Counted from the first letter of the stretch, positions 42,585 to 53,205 are shown. The stretch: 64,000 nt of DNA from Candidatus Poribacteria bacterium (GCA_965214095.1 OZ243938.1:4736001-4800000), one strand, 5' to 3'. Numbers and translations are program-made. Notes: generated from the letters alone by a model not told the origin.

Positions 42585-44198
42585 TTGATGTTGAAAAAAA
42601 TCGTAAATTTGTATCTGTTTCTTGTGCTTATGTTGACTGTATCTTCAGCTGTGTTTGGACACAGCGATTCCCCTACTTTGTTAGAGGATGTAAACAAGGA
42701 CGGGGTGGTAAATATTCAAGATTTAGTACTTGTCGCTGCTGCTTTTGGACAGCCGCGGGATCGCACGGCTCTACATGACCCTGATGTCAATCGCGATGGT
42801 ATTATCAACATACTTGATCTTGTTCGCGTCAGCAATCGTTTTGGCGAAACATTACCGGAGGAGCATTCAACTTATCACGCTATTCAAGAGTATATTTTTG
42901 ATAAAAGCTGCGTGAATAGTGCGTGCCATGCGGCACCGACAAATGTTGCAAGTTTGGACCTCAGCTATACGGCTTCTTATGAGGAGCTAATTGGACAAGC
43001 CCCAGAGAACCCGTCGGCATCGGATTCGGGTATGAAACTTGTTGATCCAGGCAATCCTGAAAATAGTTTCCTGTTGACGAAACTGATTACCCCTATATCA
43101 CAGGAGCATGGACAAATAATGCCCCTTAGTAGTGGTGTGCTTCACGACGGCAAAATAGATGCTATTCGGAAATGGATTGCTGCTGGTGCGCCACAGACAG
43201 GTAAAATAGAAGGGGTTGGTGATCTTGGTTTGCTACGAGACCCCGAAGAAAGATTTGTGCCACCGGCAGCACCGCTACCTGGGCAGGGGTATCAGTTGCA
43301 TTTACCGCCTTACACAATTGAACCGGGTACCGAACGCGAGGTCTTTTACGCAACACAGATCCGAGATGAAAATGGTGATCTGATAGAAGGCGATATATTC
43401 ATCAGTGGATTCGAGATATTCTACCCGACAGGTAGTCATCACTTTATCTTATACAGACTCACCGATGCAGCAATAGAAGAAGACATTCTGCAAGCGGGTG
43501 TCACGCCGGGAATAGGCGTTGACCCGAACCACGTTTTTCGTGAACTGGATCCAGAGGATCCGCAAGCATTTGGAAATATAGGGATTCACCGGTTCTTTGT
43601 TGGCGGGACACAATCTAAGGATCTCTCCTTTGAGTTTCCTGAAGGTGTTGCGCTGCGTCTCCCTGGTGACACGCTGTTCGACTTAAACTCTCACTACATC
43701 AACTTATTAGGCACAGAAACACTCGTCGGTGAGGTTTATATAAATATTTACACGGTTCCGCCTGAAGAAGTCAAGCATGAGGCGAAAGAGATTTTCGTTT
43801 CCAATACGAATCTTAACATTCCACCGGGTCTCACCCGTATAGCAAAAATGGACTGGTATGTTGAAGATGAACTTGATCGACGCGGTGTCCCTTCCGATGC
43901 CATCATGAATATAATGACACTGTCATCTCACATGCATAGACATGGTGAGTTGTTTGAAATTACGCGGATGTCAACGAATGAATTGCTTCACAGGAGTATC
44001 GTCTATGATAACGCACCGATCACGTTCTATAACCCACCGCTAATGCTTGATGCGACCGATGGACTAAGTTTTCAGTGCACCCATAACAACTACGATCGCG
44101 ATGTGTCGATTGAGTTCGGATTTACATCTGAGGACGAGATGTGTATAATCGTCGGGTATTATTATCTTTCAACGGAAGCGGAGATGACCGAAGACTGA
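42585..44198 (+). CDS. Secreted dockerin-like + cytochrome-like + PHM/DBH-type copper monooxygenase
   Basis: DVNKDGVVNIQDL and DVNRDGIINILDL repeats; CVNSACH; SHHFIL, SHY, SHMHRHG and EDEMC motifs. Confidence 0.75.
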   Translation: MMLKKIVNLYLFLVLMLTVSSAVFGHSDSPTLLEDVNKDGVVNIQDLVLVAAAFGQPRDRTALHDPDVNRDGIINILDLVRVSNRFGETLPEEHSTYHAIQEYIFDKSCVNSACHAAPTNVASLDLSYTASYEELIGQAPENPSASDSGMKLVDPGNPENSFLLTKLITPISQEHGQIMPLSSGVLHDGKIDAIRKWIAAGAPQTGKIEGVGDLGLLRDPEERFVPPAAPLPGQGYQLHLPPYTIEPGTEREVFYATQIRDENGDLIEGDIFISGFEIFYPTGSHHFILYRLTDAAIEEDILQAGVTPGIGVDPNHVFRELDPEDPQAFGNIGIHRFFVGGTQSKDLSFEFPEGVALRLPGDTLFDLNSHYINLLGTETLVGEVYINIYTVPPEEVKHEAKEIFVSNTNLNIPPGLTRIAKMDWYVEDELDRRGVPSDAIMNIMTLSSHMHRHGELFEITRMSTNELLHRSIVYDNAPITFYNPPLMLDATDGLSFQCTHNNYDRDVSIEFGFTSEDEMCIIVGYYYLSTEAEMTED

Positions 44199-44254
44199 CA
44201 ACGAAACGCCTATTTCAATATGATTAACTCACAACCTAACAGTGTTATATAACG

Positions 44255-47200
44255 CTATTCTTCTGGTAATGCATATACGCCGCGGCGTATTCTGACGATT
44301 TCATTTGACTCTACGAGTCGTGTGAGTTCATGTTGTATCGCTTCTGGATGTCCGTCGATGGCTGCGGTGATTTCGGCAGTTTTTTTCTCGCCGTCCGTGA
44401 GGAGAGAAAGGATTTGCTCTTTGAAGGTTTTACGTGGTATATTTCCGCCTCTAAGTCTTTGCAAGACGCGGTTTGCTTGTCTTTGAGAACACCCTAATAC
44501 GCGTTGCACTTCTTCTCTGCTGGAGTCTGCGGTTAGGTTTTCGCGCTCCTGTTCAAATCGTTCGCGTATGGCGATTATCTCCGGGAGTTTATCTAATCCG
44601 CCTGCGATTTCAAAATCTTCCCAGTCAAAGATTGCAGTTTCTGGTCTGTTGGTAATGTTGGGAAGTGGTACGCCTGCTATCAACACAATCCGTCTGTCAG
44701 TCAATCTGTCGAGTTCAGCCTGTACAATAATCTGCGTGAGTGAATAAATAGCCTGTTCCTCGTAAATACTTTGGAGTCGTGGGTCTTTGTATGTGCTGGA
44801 TTCCATTTCGTATTCATAAGAGAGCTGTTTTTCATCGTTTCCGAACAACATTTGTGCGCGTCGCCAAATGGCATTCGTTGTGCGTTGTGGTGTTCCAATG
44901 ACCCATATAACATCTGCCTCTTCAGGAAGAGTATCTGTCATTCTGCTTTTCTGGAAGTGATCTACGAAGCATACATTCCTATTCTTTGCGATGTCGTGCA
45001 ACCGTCTGGCAATATCTTGATTGGTTATGATTCCGTGTTTGACGTTCAAATTGCTTTCAATTTCAGTTTGAATGCCGCGTAGGAATCGTTGTCCAGTTTC
45101 TGAGAGTCTGACATGGCTCCAGTTGTCGTAATCGAGGATAGCTTCTGATGGATATGTGCCTGTGCGCACCTGAAAGACTCGGCTTCCGTGGCTCCATGGT
45201 ATGGGTTCCGTCCAATGTGTCTGTAGGTTTTGATTGGCGAACACTCTGTGTAGATGTTCATCAGAAAAGACGGAGGATACCAATAGGAGTCGTTTGACGT
45301 TGGGGTGAAGGACTGGTGGTACCCAAAATCGTAGGACTTCGCCATCCCATCGGATCGGTGCGTCCGTGTTTCTTTCATAATGTGTGAAGAATTGTTTGAG
45401 TTGGTGCCAATATGTCCAGTCTTGCTGCCGACACACGGTTGGGAATTGTTGAATGTTGTCAACAGTATCTGTATTCAAGATACCTGATTCAATAGCCTGT
45501 GTCAAAGACATTGGCACATCTGTTTCTACTGCGTTTGTGTGTGTGATGACTTGACACATCTGTTGGATAAGTTTTTCTTCTTGCCATTCAAAGGTTTGGA
45601 TGACTGCGCGGACACCTTTAACAGCGTCCCCGTAGTGTTTGTCTTTAATATCCAATGCGCTGAGGAGTGTTTTGGCGAAGTTGCCTAATTCGGTGCCTTG
45701 CCAGATCGTAGTCCATTCCTCCATAACGTTTTTTGTGAGTCTACATTCAAGGAAAAACTTATGTGTTCGTTGTTGGTTGATGACAATCAGTCGTTCGGTT
45801 CCGTCTTCTCGTTGTAGTATCTGTTCAACTAATTCGTTGTATTGTGGGTCAAGAAAGAGTTGTGGGATTGTCAAGAGTTGCACTGTTGCGTTTTGTGCTG
45901 CGTTGAATTGGGATAGGTATCCGCTTTGCTGACACTCGGTATAGACGGGACAGTGTGGACAGATGCTTTCGTTTGGGTTTCCGCCTTTTTCTTCAAGTGC
46001 GGTGCATCTATCTGCGTCTTCACAGACGTTTCCATTTTGAAATGGGGTTTTCATCCGTTCTTGTTGTGGAATATCTTTTACTTCTTCCCATCGGTGTGTT
46101 CGTAGTTTCCAGTAGAGAACGCCAGGTATGTTCTGTTCTTGAAAGTGTTTTTCTGCGCCTTCTGCGAACATTTTATCTGGCGTATTCACAGTAATTGCCC
46201 CACCGCTATGGAAATATGTTTCTTCTGCTTGTTCGTCCCACGGACCTATGCCAGTAATGATTCCGAGTATGCGTACACCTCTGTTGAACACGTCTTCAAT
46301 TTGAAACACATCTCTTTGGAGTATGTCATCTTTTTCGGTGTTATCGTCTTGTCCTAAGACGGGTGGTGGTCGTTTTATCGCTAATGGACTGAGTTGATCT
46401 TGTCGGACTTGGTTGATTTTGCCGCGAATAGGTAGTTTCGCATTATCTATTATGAAGGAGATGCCTGTATCGTCCCACACATCTGTGATTGGTGTTGGTT
46501 TGGTTGGGAGTCCACTGTTTGACGTGGCTGCGCGGATCCATACGACTCCGTCTCTTTCAAATAGTGAGACTTCATCCGTGTGTTCTGTTTCTTGGGATTG
46601 CGTCCAGCGGTGGATATCGTCCTCTTGTCGGACATAGGCAAATCCGCGTTGTAGGAATGCTTCTTTTGCGAGGTCAAGGTTTTCTGAACCGAGAGATTGG
46701 GGAACACGGGTGACAATTTGTTTGACTTCTGTGTTATCAGGTGCGGGTTCGTGAAGTTTTGCGCGGAGGACATCGATGGGTGCAAATAATACGTCTTTGT
46801 CAACGACTGGTGGGTCTAATAGGTTTCCGGTGAGGATTTCATAGCGTGCATCCCAACGTATATGTCCTTCGTCGCCATATATCTCAAGATATACGTCGCG
46901 CTGATAGGTGTTTTCTGCTTTCGGTGTGTCTTTGTATATATAGTATTTGGCAGTTTCTGTGTTGGGATGTAGATAATCTTGGACTCTACATGAGAAGCGG
47001 AGTCCACCGGATTTTCCTAATGTTAGGAGCGGGTTGTAGACGATATTGGTCAGTGCTTCAATACAATCGGCAACAGCGTCTGGTGCTGCACAGATTGCTT
47101 CATATTTGAAGTGCAGATTGTGCCATTGTGCGCCTTTGCGTTCTGATGGCGTGCCTGTGTATATTTTTATGCCCCACGATGTATGCCACTGTGATATATC

Positions 47201-47485
47201 CCAATCAGTTATTCTTTGGCGTTTTAAGAATCGTTTTCCTTTGAAATCTTCTGGACCTTGATCATTCCACGGGGCGCGTCCTATAGGCATGAATGAGATC
47301 TGTGCTTGTTCTAAGTCGCGAAGCATCAATGGGTGGCGGTGTGCACAGTATACGGTGTATTGGTGCGGGTGATCCTTTGTGTACATCGCAGGTGTTGCCT
47401 CTGTTTTGCGTTGACGTAGCGGCTTCTGATGTCGTTGATGACATTGCTGGATTATCCTATTTAGAGTCTTCATTGTTGTTGGCAA
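44255..47485 (-). CDS. Large hypothetical protein resembling a degenerate primase-polymerase/helicase, with a Cys cluster and C-terminal wHTH
   Basis: WGIKIYTG and LTLGKSGGLRF (PrimPol-like); CEDADRC..CPHCPVYTEC; VIGTP; RLVESNEIVRIRRGVYAL. Confidence 0.6.
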   Translation of the reverse strand: MPTTMKTLNRIIQQCHQRHQKPLRQRKTEATPAMYTKDHPHQYTVYCAHRHPLMLRDLEQAQISFMPIGRAPWNDQGPEDFKGKRFLKRQRITDWDISQWHTSWGIKIYTGTPSERKGAQWHNLHFKYEAICAAPDAVADCIEALTNIVYNPLLTLGKSGGLRFSCRVQDYLHPNTETAKYYIYKDTPKAENTYQRDVYLEIYGDEGHIRWDARYEILTGNLLDPPVVDKDVLFAPIDVLRAKLHEPAPDNTEVKQIVTRVPQSLGSENLDLAKEAFLQRGFAYVRQEDDIHRWTQSQETEHTDEVSLFERDGVVWIRAATSNSGLPTKPTPITDVWDDTGISFIIDNAKLPIRGKINQVRQDQLSPLAIKRPPPVLGQDDNTEKDDILQRDVFQIEDVFNRGVRILGIITGIGPWDEQAEETYFHSGGAITVNTPDKMFAEGAEKHFQEQNIPGVLYWKLRTHRWEEVKDIPQQERMKTPFQNGNVCEDADRCTALEEKGGNPNESICPHCPVYTECQQSGYLSQFNAAQNATVQLLTIPQLFLDPQYNELVEQILQREDGTERLIVINQQRTHKFFLECRLTKNVMEEWTTIWQGTELGNFAKTLLSALDIKDKHYGDAVKGVRAVIQTFEWQEEKLIQQMCQVITHTNAVETDVPMSLTQAIESGILNTDTVDNIQQFPTVCRQQDWTYWHQLKQFFTHYERNTDAPIRWDGEVLRFWVPPVLHPNVKRLLLVSSVFSDEHLHRVFANQNLQTHWTEPIPWSHGSRVFQVRTGTYPSEAILDYDNWSHVRLSETGQRFLRGIQTEIESNLNVKHGIITNQDIARRLHDIAKNRNVCFVDHFQKSRMTDTLPEEADVIWVIGTPQRTTNAIWRRAQMLFGNDEKQLSYEYEMESSTYKDPRLQSIYEEQAIYSLTQIIVQAELDRLTDRRIVLIAGVPLPNITNRPETAIFDWEDFEIAGGLDKLPEIIAIRERFEQERENLTADSSREEVQRVLGCSQRQANRVLQRLRGGNIPRKTFKEQILSLLTDGEKKTAEITAAIDGHPEAIQHELTRLVESNEIVRIRRGVYALPEE

Positions 47486-47598
47486 CCCCCTATTGATATG
47501 GAACGTTAAATTATATTATACAGGGTTTTTTTATTTAATTCAAGTGTTGTTGTGAATCGGGGGTTTTTGTTTGTGATGGCGCGGAAATGTAAGGGGAG

Positions 47599-47742
47599 TG
47601 TCTGAACCAGGATTTTCAGGATTATGAGTTTGGCTCTCCAAAGTTCCTATTTGCAGGTTGATATTTGTTCTCTGGATGGCACTTTGATGCACCAATGTCT
47701 TATCCTGGAAATCTGGAAATCCTGTGAATCCTGGTTCAGACA
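47599..47742. mobile_element. MITE-like element family B, full length
   Basis: Perfect 16-bp TIR TGTCTGAACCAGGATT / AATCCTGGTTCAGACA; non-coding. Confidence 0.75.
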
Positions 47743-47760
47743 ATCGCGGTTGGAAACCGC

Positions 47761-50700
47761 TCATACAAGGGATGGTAAAATGTCGTCTATTGTATCCATT
47801 ATTCGTATGGTTTCGGCTATGGCGACGAGTATTTTGCGGTATTGGTTGAGGTCGTCTGTGGTTAAGCGTCTGTCCTTCCTGTCTTTTAGCCACTTATGGC
47901 AGACTTGATATGCTCCGATCTCATATTCCCAGACTTCTTGGGGGATATCGGCGAAGTGTTGGGTGGTGTTTATCCAGACTTTGTTATCGATATAGCGGAC
48001 GCGTTCTACTATGCCATCGCCTTCTCCTTCAAAGCGATGGGTGGGTTGTGGGACGTTTTTCAGGAGGTGTAGGTCAATTAGTTCTTGTCCTAACTCTGCG
48101 AGGGTGTGGAAGTGGTCTGTGTTCTGTGGTAATGGGATGCGGGGGAAGTCGTATCGGAGGAATTCGTAGTATCTGTTGCGATAGGTGGGACTGTATAGCA
48201 CGGCGTAGATGTAGGCGAGGATTTGTTCGGGTGTGATGCCGTCTGGGAGTCGGTGGGGGTCGGTTTGAGGGAGTCCTAACGACTCTGCAAGTGCAGTGAG
48301 GTATTCGAGTTTAAAGTTGAGTTTGATTCCTGTTTCCAGTAAACCATCGGGCTCGGGGTATAGGTAGAGTGGAAATAGATGTGTAGCTTCACTTCCTCTA
48401 TTTGAAACATAACTCTTTTCAGTTATGTTTTCTGTTATCAAAACATGGTTCCATGCAGCACTTGTAACAATTCTACACACAGAGAGCACTATATTTTCAA
48501 CGTCATGCAAATGTCGTATAATACTATAGTTTGGACGAGAATGAAAACCTGTTTGTCCAGTATAATATGTCCATCGTATGTCAAATGGACGGTAGCGAAT
48601 TGCCGTTAAGTGCTTTTCAACATCTGGGTTATTGCGGAGATCTGTTTGGGCGCGAGGTATTTGCCAATGATGCGTATCCTTTCCCAAGTTAAACCTTTCA
48701 CGGGCTTCCTCAGGATCAAGTGATACAAAGTCAGTTACCGTTTGCTTTACATCTTCAGCTGTCCAATGAATTGTCAATTTATCCCGTCCTGTAGCCATCC
48801 CTACTGACTCCGTATGAAAGATGTCACTTATTCTCCAACCTTTTGTATATTGAACTTGGAAATCTGTTTCATGTATGACAAACAAATAATAAGGTGATTC
48901 AGGGAGGATCTCAGACCAGTTTGTAGTCCGAACATTAGTTTCTGAGAGTTCGTGGTATTTTTCTTGACGTGTTCCCCACACATCCTCATATAAAACGTTT
49001 GCTTGTGTTCGGTTATCCCTTTCTTTAACACACAATAAAATACAAACACCTTGTGAAATGTCAAACACATTTTCGTTTTTCTCACCATCAGGGACTCTTT
49101 CTTGTATTCTTATGCTTCCGTGTAAATTGAGTATGTAGATTGAGTTGAAACTATCTAACAAACTTTTCCGCATCCCGCGAAAGCCAGGTCCGTTAAGGAA
49201 ACTATTGTTCACAATATAGCCAATAACACCTTCACCGTTTTCATCAATTCGCCACTGCGCCCACCGTGTAAATTTGACATAATCTGATTGGAGCATTTTC
49301 AAGTTTCTATCATTGAGTCGTTCCCCATTTATCTGTTTGTAATCCTCAATAAGTCTACCAATGAAAGTTAAATCGCCATTACTATCACGACTTGGGTTAG
49401 CGGAATCTTCAGGATATGGAGGATTGCCGATGATGGCGAGGATGGGTTCGTCGCGTTTTACGGAGAGGGCAGCGTTCACCTCGTCTGATATAAACGCTGC
49501 AAATGGGATGGATTCCACCATCTCTGCGGGTTGTTCCAATGTGTTGGTGAGATAGATGCGCAGGTTTTCATTGGATTGCCAACCTTGTGTCTGTAGGAAT
49601 AGACTCAACTTGAGATGCGCGATGGTATATGGGGCAACGAGCAATTCAAATCCGATGATGCGATTGACTAACTTTTCATTGACATATTGATGCCAAGTGC
49701 CTGTGCCGTCTGTCGTTGAGACATAATCACGTATGTTGTTAAGCACAGAGAGTAGGAATCCACCTGTTCCGGTTGCGGGGTCAAGGATGAGCGTGTTTTC
49801 ATCTGCGAGTCCGCTGGGTTTGTTGAGTTCTGTTTTGAGCAGGCTATCCACAGATCGCACGATGTAGGATATAACCTGTGGCGGTGTGTAGTAGACACCC
49901 CGATCAATGCGCCTTTGCGGGTCGTATTGAGCGAGGAAGGTTTCGTAGAAGTGGATCACCGGGTCTTCAAGGTGGTTTCTGGGTGTGAAAGCAGTGCGGA
50001 GCATCTCGGTCGGGACGTTCTGGAGTAGCGTTACGATGTCGTCAAGGATGTATGTGACGTTCTGTTCGGATGACATGCCTGCAACGTGACGGAAAAGTCG
50101 TTTCAGAAACCGATTGGATTGTGGTAGCGATTCGGTTGCGGTGAGTCGTGAGAAATGGGTAGCGTTTGGGAGTGTGCATCGTGCGGCGAACAATCCGTAA
50201 GAGAGCGTTTGTGCATACATATCCGAGAAGTCGGCTTTTGTGAGTGTAAGAAGGAGCGTTTCTCTGAATGCTTCGTATATGCCGAAGGTTTCGGTGGTCT
50301 CATCGGTGAGTGTGGTTGCTATCTGTGTTTTGAGTTCGCGTGTGCGTCTTGCGAGGTATCCTGCGAGTGCTTCTGGTGTGCCGATTTGGATGGCGTGATC
50401 CAGAAATCGTTGTATGAGTGCCCTGAGATCGTCTGTGTTGTCGGTAATTCGTGCGGTGTTGATTCGTTGTCCGTCTTTATACAACTCAAAATCTATGAAG
50501 TTGGTGAGGATGAAGTTGTCAAGGTTTTCCTTGAATCTGTCGTTTTGCTCTTCTGCGTGTCCTGTGAGATTGTCAAGGTCTGTGTCGGGTGCTTCTGCTT
50601 CAATGTATCCGATGGGTAGCAGACCGTCTTTGGCGATGATGTCGGGTCGTCCGATTTCGCTTATGTTTCTGGGTTCCAGTGTGTATCGGACGTTGGGGTT

Positions 50701-50838
50701 GTTGAGGCATTCAGCGGTGACGTTTTCAAGGAGTGTTTTTAGGTCTGGATGGAGTGATAGTTCTGCGGTGGCTTCGTCTGTGGCGCGGGTTTGGTCTATC
50801 TGTTGTAGGTAGTGGTTGCAGTGTGATTGGAATGGCAT
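47761..50838 (-). CDS. Single-polypeptide restriction-modification enzyme (type ISP/IIG-like, N6-adenine MTase)
   Basis: GVYYTP, ILDPATGTGGF and GNPPY motifs; C-terminal TRD with YRPFD, DFPRIP and IGAYQVCHKWLKDR; N-terminal PD..IEAE. Confidence 0.88.
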   Translation of the reverse strand: MPFQSHCNHYLQQIDQTRATDEATAELSLHPDLKTLLENVTAECLNNPNVRYTLEPRNISEIGRPDIIAKDGLLPIGYIEAEAPDTDLDNLTGHAEEQNDRFKENLDNFILTNFIDFELYKDGQRINTARITDNTDDLRALIQRFLDHAIQIGTPEALAGYLARRTRELKTQIATTLTDETTETFGIYEAFRETLLLTLTKADFSDMYAQTLSYGLFAARCTLPNATHFSRLTATESLPQSNRFLKRLFRHVAGMSSEQNVTYILDDIVTLLQNVPTEMLRTAFTPRNHLEDPVIHFYETFLAQYDPQRRIDRGVYYTPPQVISYIVRSVDSLLKTELNKPSGLADENTLILDPATGTGGFLLSVLNNIRDYVSTTDGTGTWHQYVNEKLVNRIIGFELLVAPYTIAHLKLSLFLQTQGWQSNENLRIYLTNTLEQPAEMVESIPFAAFISDEVNAALSVKRDEPILAIIGNPPYPEDSANPSRDSNGDLTFIGRLIEDYKQINGERLNDRNLKMLQSDYVKFTRWAQWRIDENGEGVIGYIVNNSFLNGPGFRGMRKSLLDSFNSIYILNLHGSIRIQERVPDGEKNENVFDISQGVCILLCVKERDNRTQANVLYEDVWGTRQEKYHELSETNVRTTNWSEILPESPYYLFVIHETDFQVQYTKGWRISDIFHTESVGMATGRDKLTIHWTAEDVKQTVTDFVSLDPEEARERFNLGKDTHHWQIPRAQTDLRNNPDVEKHLTAIRYRPFDIRWTYYTGQTGFHSRPNYSIIRHLHDVENIVLSVCRIVTSAAWNHVLITENITEKSYVSNRGSEATHLFPLYLYPEPDGLLETGIKLNFKLEYLTALAESLGLPQTDPHRLPDGITPEQILAYIYAVLYSPTYRNRYYEFLRYDFPRIPLPQNTDHFHTLAELGQELIDLHLLKNVPQPTHRFEGEGDGIVERVRYIDNKVWINTTQHFADIPQEVWEYEIGAYQVCHKWLKDRKDRRLTTDDLNQYRKILVAIAETIRIMDTIDDILPSLV

Positions 50839-51012
50839 AGTTTTAGTGTTTGTGCCTTCGTTCAGTTTGTGGCGTTAGTTCTATGGTTATTTATTATATG
50901 ATTCTTGGGTTTTTTGTCAAGTGTTTGTTTGTGAGTTGTGCTTGCACGTTGGCTGTGTTTGTTTGTGAGCAGTGCGGACATGTAAGTGGTGGCATGTCCG
51001 CATTTTTTGTGT

Positions 51013-51083
51013 GTCGCCCCTCTGGGGCTTATTTGATGGTGGAGCATTTGATCTATACACCTTTCGCACCTCTGGTGCTGAAG
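51013..51083. repeat. REP-like repeat family C copy
   Basis: Matches 2683-2755. Confidence 0.65.
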
Positions 51084-51205
51084 ATTGCGGGGCACGGAGA
51101 CCCCGTACTACAATGGATGGTATGGTGGCTTTAATCGCGGTTAGAAACCGCTCCAACAATGAAGATCAAATGGGTGAGGGAAGTGATGGGTTTGTTTTGG
51201 GTTGG

Positions 51206-51607
51206 TTAGGATTGCATTATTTCTAGCGTGTCGGTTTTGTGGTCTGTATCTCGGTGGTCTTCGGTTAGTGTTGGTGCTTTTTGATAGTCTGATTCAATAC
51301 CGTCTAATGGGACTATTGATAGACGACATCCAATTGCTTTGAGGACGGTTGTTAGCGTGTCGATGTGTAGGGATTCTTTGTTTGTTAGGACATCGGAAAG
51401 GATTTGTGGGTCAATGTCTGTTTGCTTTGCGACTTCGGCGATTCCACCCTTCGCTTCAATGATACTTTCTAAGGAAATCTGAATGATGGCGGCATTCCCA
51501 TGGCTTTCGTATTCTTCCATTACGGCAGAAAGGAAACTGCTCATATCTTCCTCTTCGGCAAGTTGTTCAATCAGGAACTTGTCCCAAGTTCCAAGTTTTT
51601 TAGTCAT
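51206..51607 (-). CDS. Addiction-module antitoxin (HI1420-like HTH)
   Basis: AKGGIAEVAKQT...TLTTVLKAIGCRL; overlaps the toxin stop. Confidence 0.78.
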   Translation of the reverse strand: MTKKLGTWDKFLIEQLAEEEDMSSFLSAVMEEYESHGNAAIIQISLESIIEAKGGIAEVAKQTDIDPQILSDVLTNKESLHIDTLTTVLKAIGCRLSIVPLDGIESDYQKAPTLTEDHRDTDHKTDTLEIMQS

Positions 51608-51941
51608 TTATCCTCTCCTTGTATTCTGTCCAATAGTTTTTTGCACGTTCAATATCTCTATTCTGTGAAGATTTGCCTCCACCACAAAGCAGGAGAACGA
51701 TTGTTTGGTCAACTTGAGCATAATAGACACGATAACCTGTACCAACATCAATCTTTAACTCCCAAACGCCATCACCAACAAATTTATGTTCACCAAGGTT
51801 GCCAAGCTTAACAGATTGTAGTCGTGCTCGAATCCGTTCTTTTGCTCTTGTATCTCGAATTGAATTGAACCATTCGGTGAAAGGATCATTTCCGTTTGGA
51901 AGTTGATAAGTATCAATTGTCCGTGGTTGGGCATCTCGCAT
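51600..51941 (-). CDS. RelE/HigB-like addiction-module toxin (HI1419-like)
   Basis: GNLGEHKFVGDGVWELKIDVGTGYRVYY..LLLCGGGKSSQ. Confidence 0.9.
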   Translation of the reverse strand: MRDAQPRTIDTYQLPNGNDPFTEWFNSIRDTRAKERIRARLQSVKLGNLGEHKFVGDGVWELKIDVGTGYRVYYAQVDQTIVLLLCGGGKSSQNRDIERAKNYWTEYKERIND

Positions 51942-52019
51942 TTACAAATTTCACATGTGAATAAGCAACAATTATCAATTCAGTATTATGTTAAACAGGA
52001 TCAAAACAAACTTTAGATA

Positions 52020-52122
52020 TATAGTAGATTTTAAAATTACTTGAACACTTTGCATCGGCGAGGTTAGGAAACCTCGCATACCATGGGACGAAAGTGTCAA
52101 CTTATATTTATAATTCACTATA
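52020..52122. repeat. Short family-A-related element
   Basis: TATAGT...ACTATA termini around a GCGAGGTTAGGAAACCTCGC hairpin. Confidence 0.65.
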
Positions 52123-52846
52123 TAGTATCATGTTTCCTATCCAAAGTCAAGATTCAGATTTTATGGTAAATTATTGAATTAATTCTACACATTGTTGAGG
52201 CGAGGTGGGGAAACCTTGCATACCGATGGGAAGGGATGTCTGTATCGGGGGTTTGCACGGATGGCGCGGAGAATATAAGAATGGCACATGGAGTGTGCCT
52301 ACTACTATGAAGAGACGCAATGATTGCGCGTCTACGAAGGGCGAAGTTGGGAATGCGCGAAGATGAAAGGTGTGTAGGTGAGTTTTTTGCACTTTAATTT
52401 GACTTATCAATTAAGGTAAAGTATAATTTACTGATATTAAGACGGTACATTATGTAGTATAGTTTGCATATTTTATGTCCTTATATTAGTTTTTAACTTT
52501 GCCTTGTTGTGATATAGCATCTTTCTGAGTATTTCGCTCAAGACACTATTTGTCAATTGATTGTAATCAAAGGAAACATTATATGATCTATGCTTTCATC
52601 AACTTTTCAATAACATACGATATCTTATCTCAAATTGATCTGTATGTTAATGTTACAGACTCCTTTCCTTGAAAACAACCTAATCTGGTGCCCTGACCAG
52701 TTGATACCAAACAACCTTTAAAAGTTAGGATTTATGATAATTGTTACATTATCATCTGTAAAGATGGATTTTCTAATTTATATACATTCTTGCTCAGGCA
52801 GGGGAGGACTCTTGAGATTTTCGCTTGAGGGTCGGACACATACATT

Positions 52847-53197
52847 ATGATCATCAAAGTATCTAAGAAAGAAGAAATCGTTATCTTTAGACTGAAGGGA
52901 CGTTTTATCACACCGAATAACCGTAAGGTTTTGGAAACTGTGGAGCGAACTATCTGTGGACGCATACCCTATCCAAAACTTGTGTTTGATTTTAAAGAGG
53001 TTACGCTCATAGATTGCGCTGGACTCGGTACACTTATGAAAATATCTACCGACATCCTGCGACGTGGTGGGAGACTCGCAATAATTAATATGAACGAACA
53101 CATTAAAAAGATTACTGTTATGACTCATTTATCTACGGTTTTTGAATGCTTTAATTGCGAAAATGATGCTGTTACTACATTGTTAGAGCAGTCCTAA
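52847..53197 (+). CDS. STAS-domain anti-anti-sigma factor
   Basis: LVFDFKEVTLIDCAGLGTL (Cys-Ala in place of the usual Ser-Ser/Thr). Confidence 0.8.
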   Translation: MIIKVSKKEEIVIFRLKGRFITPNNRKVLETVERTICGRIPYPKLVFDFKEVTLIDCAGLGTLMKISTDILRRGGRLAIINMNEHIKKITVMTHLSTVFECFNCENDAVTTLLEQS

Positions 53198-53205
53198 CAT
53201 GAGTT

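Noticed and set aside
47540-47893. Short ORFs over repeat elements (also 2564-2812, 17708-17926, 50850-51226, 52171-52410)
   Set aside because: They are translations of MITE/REP sequence with no recognisable domain.
44255-51941. Prophage or ICE
   Set aside because: No integrase, att sites, structural or conjugation genes were identified; kept only as a defence-like block.
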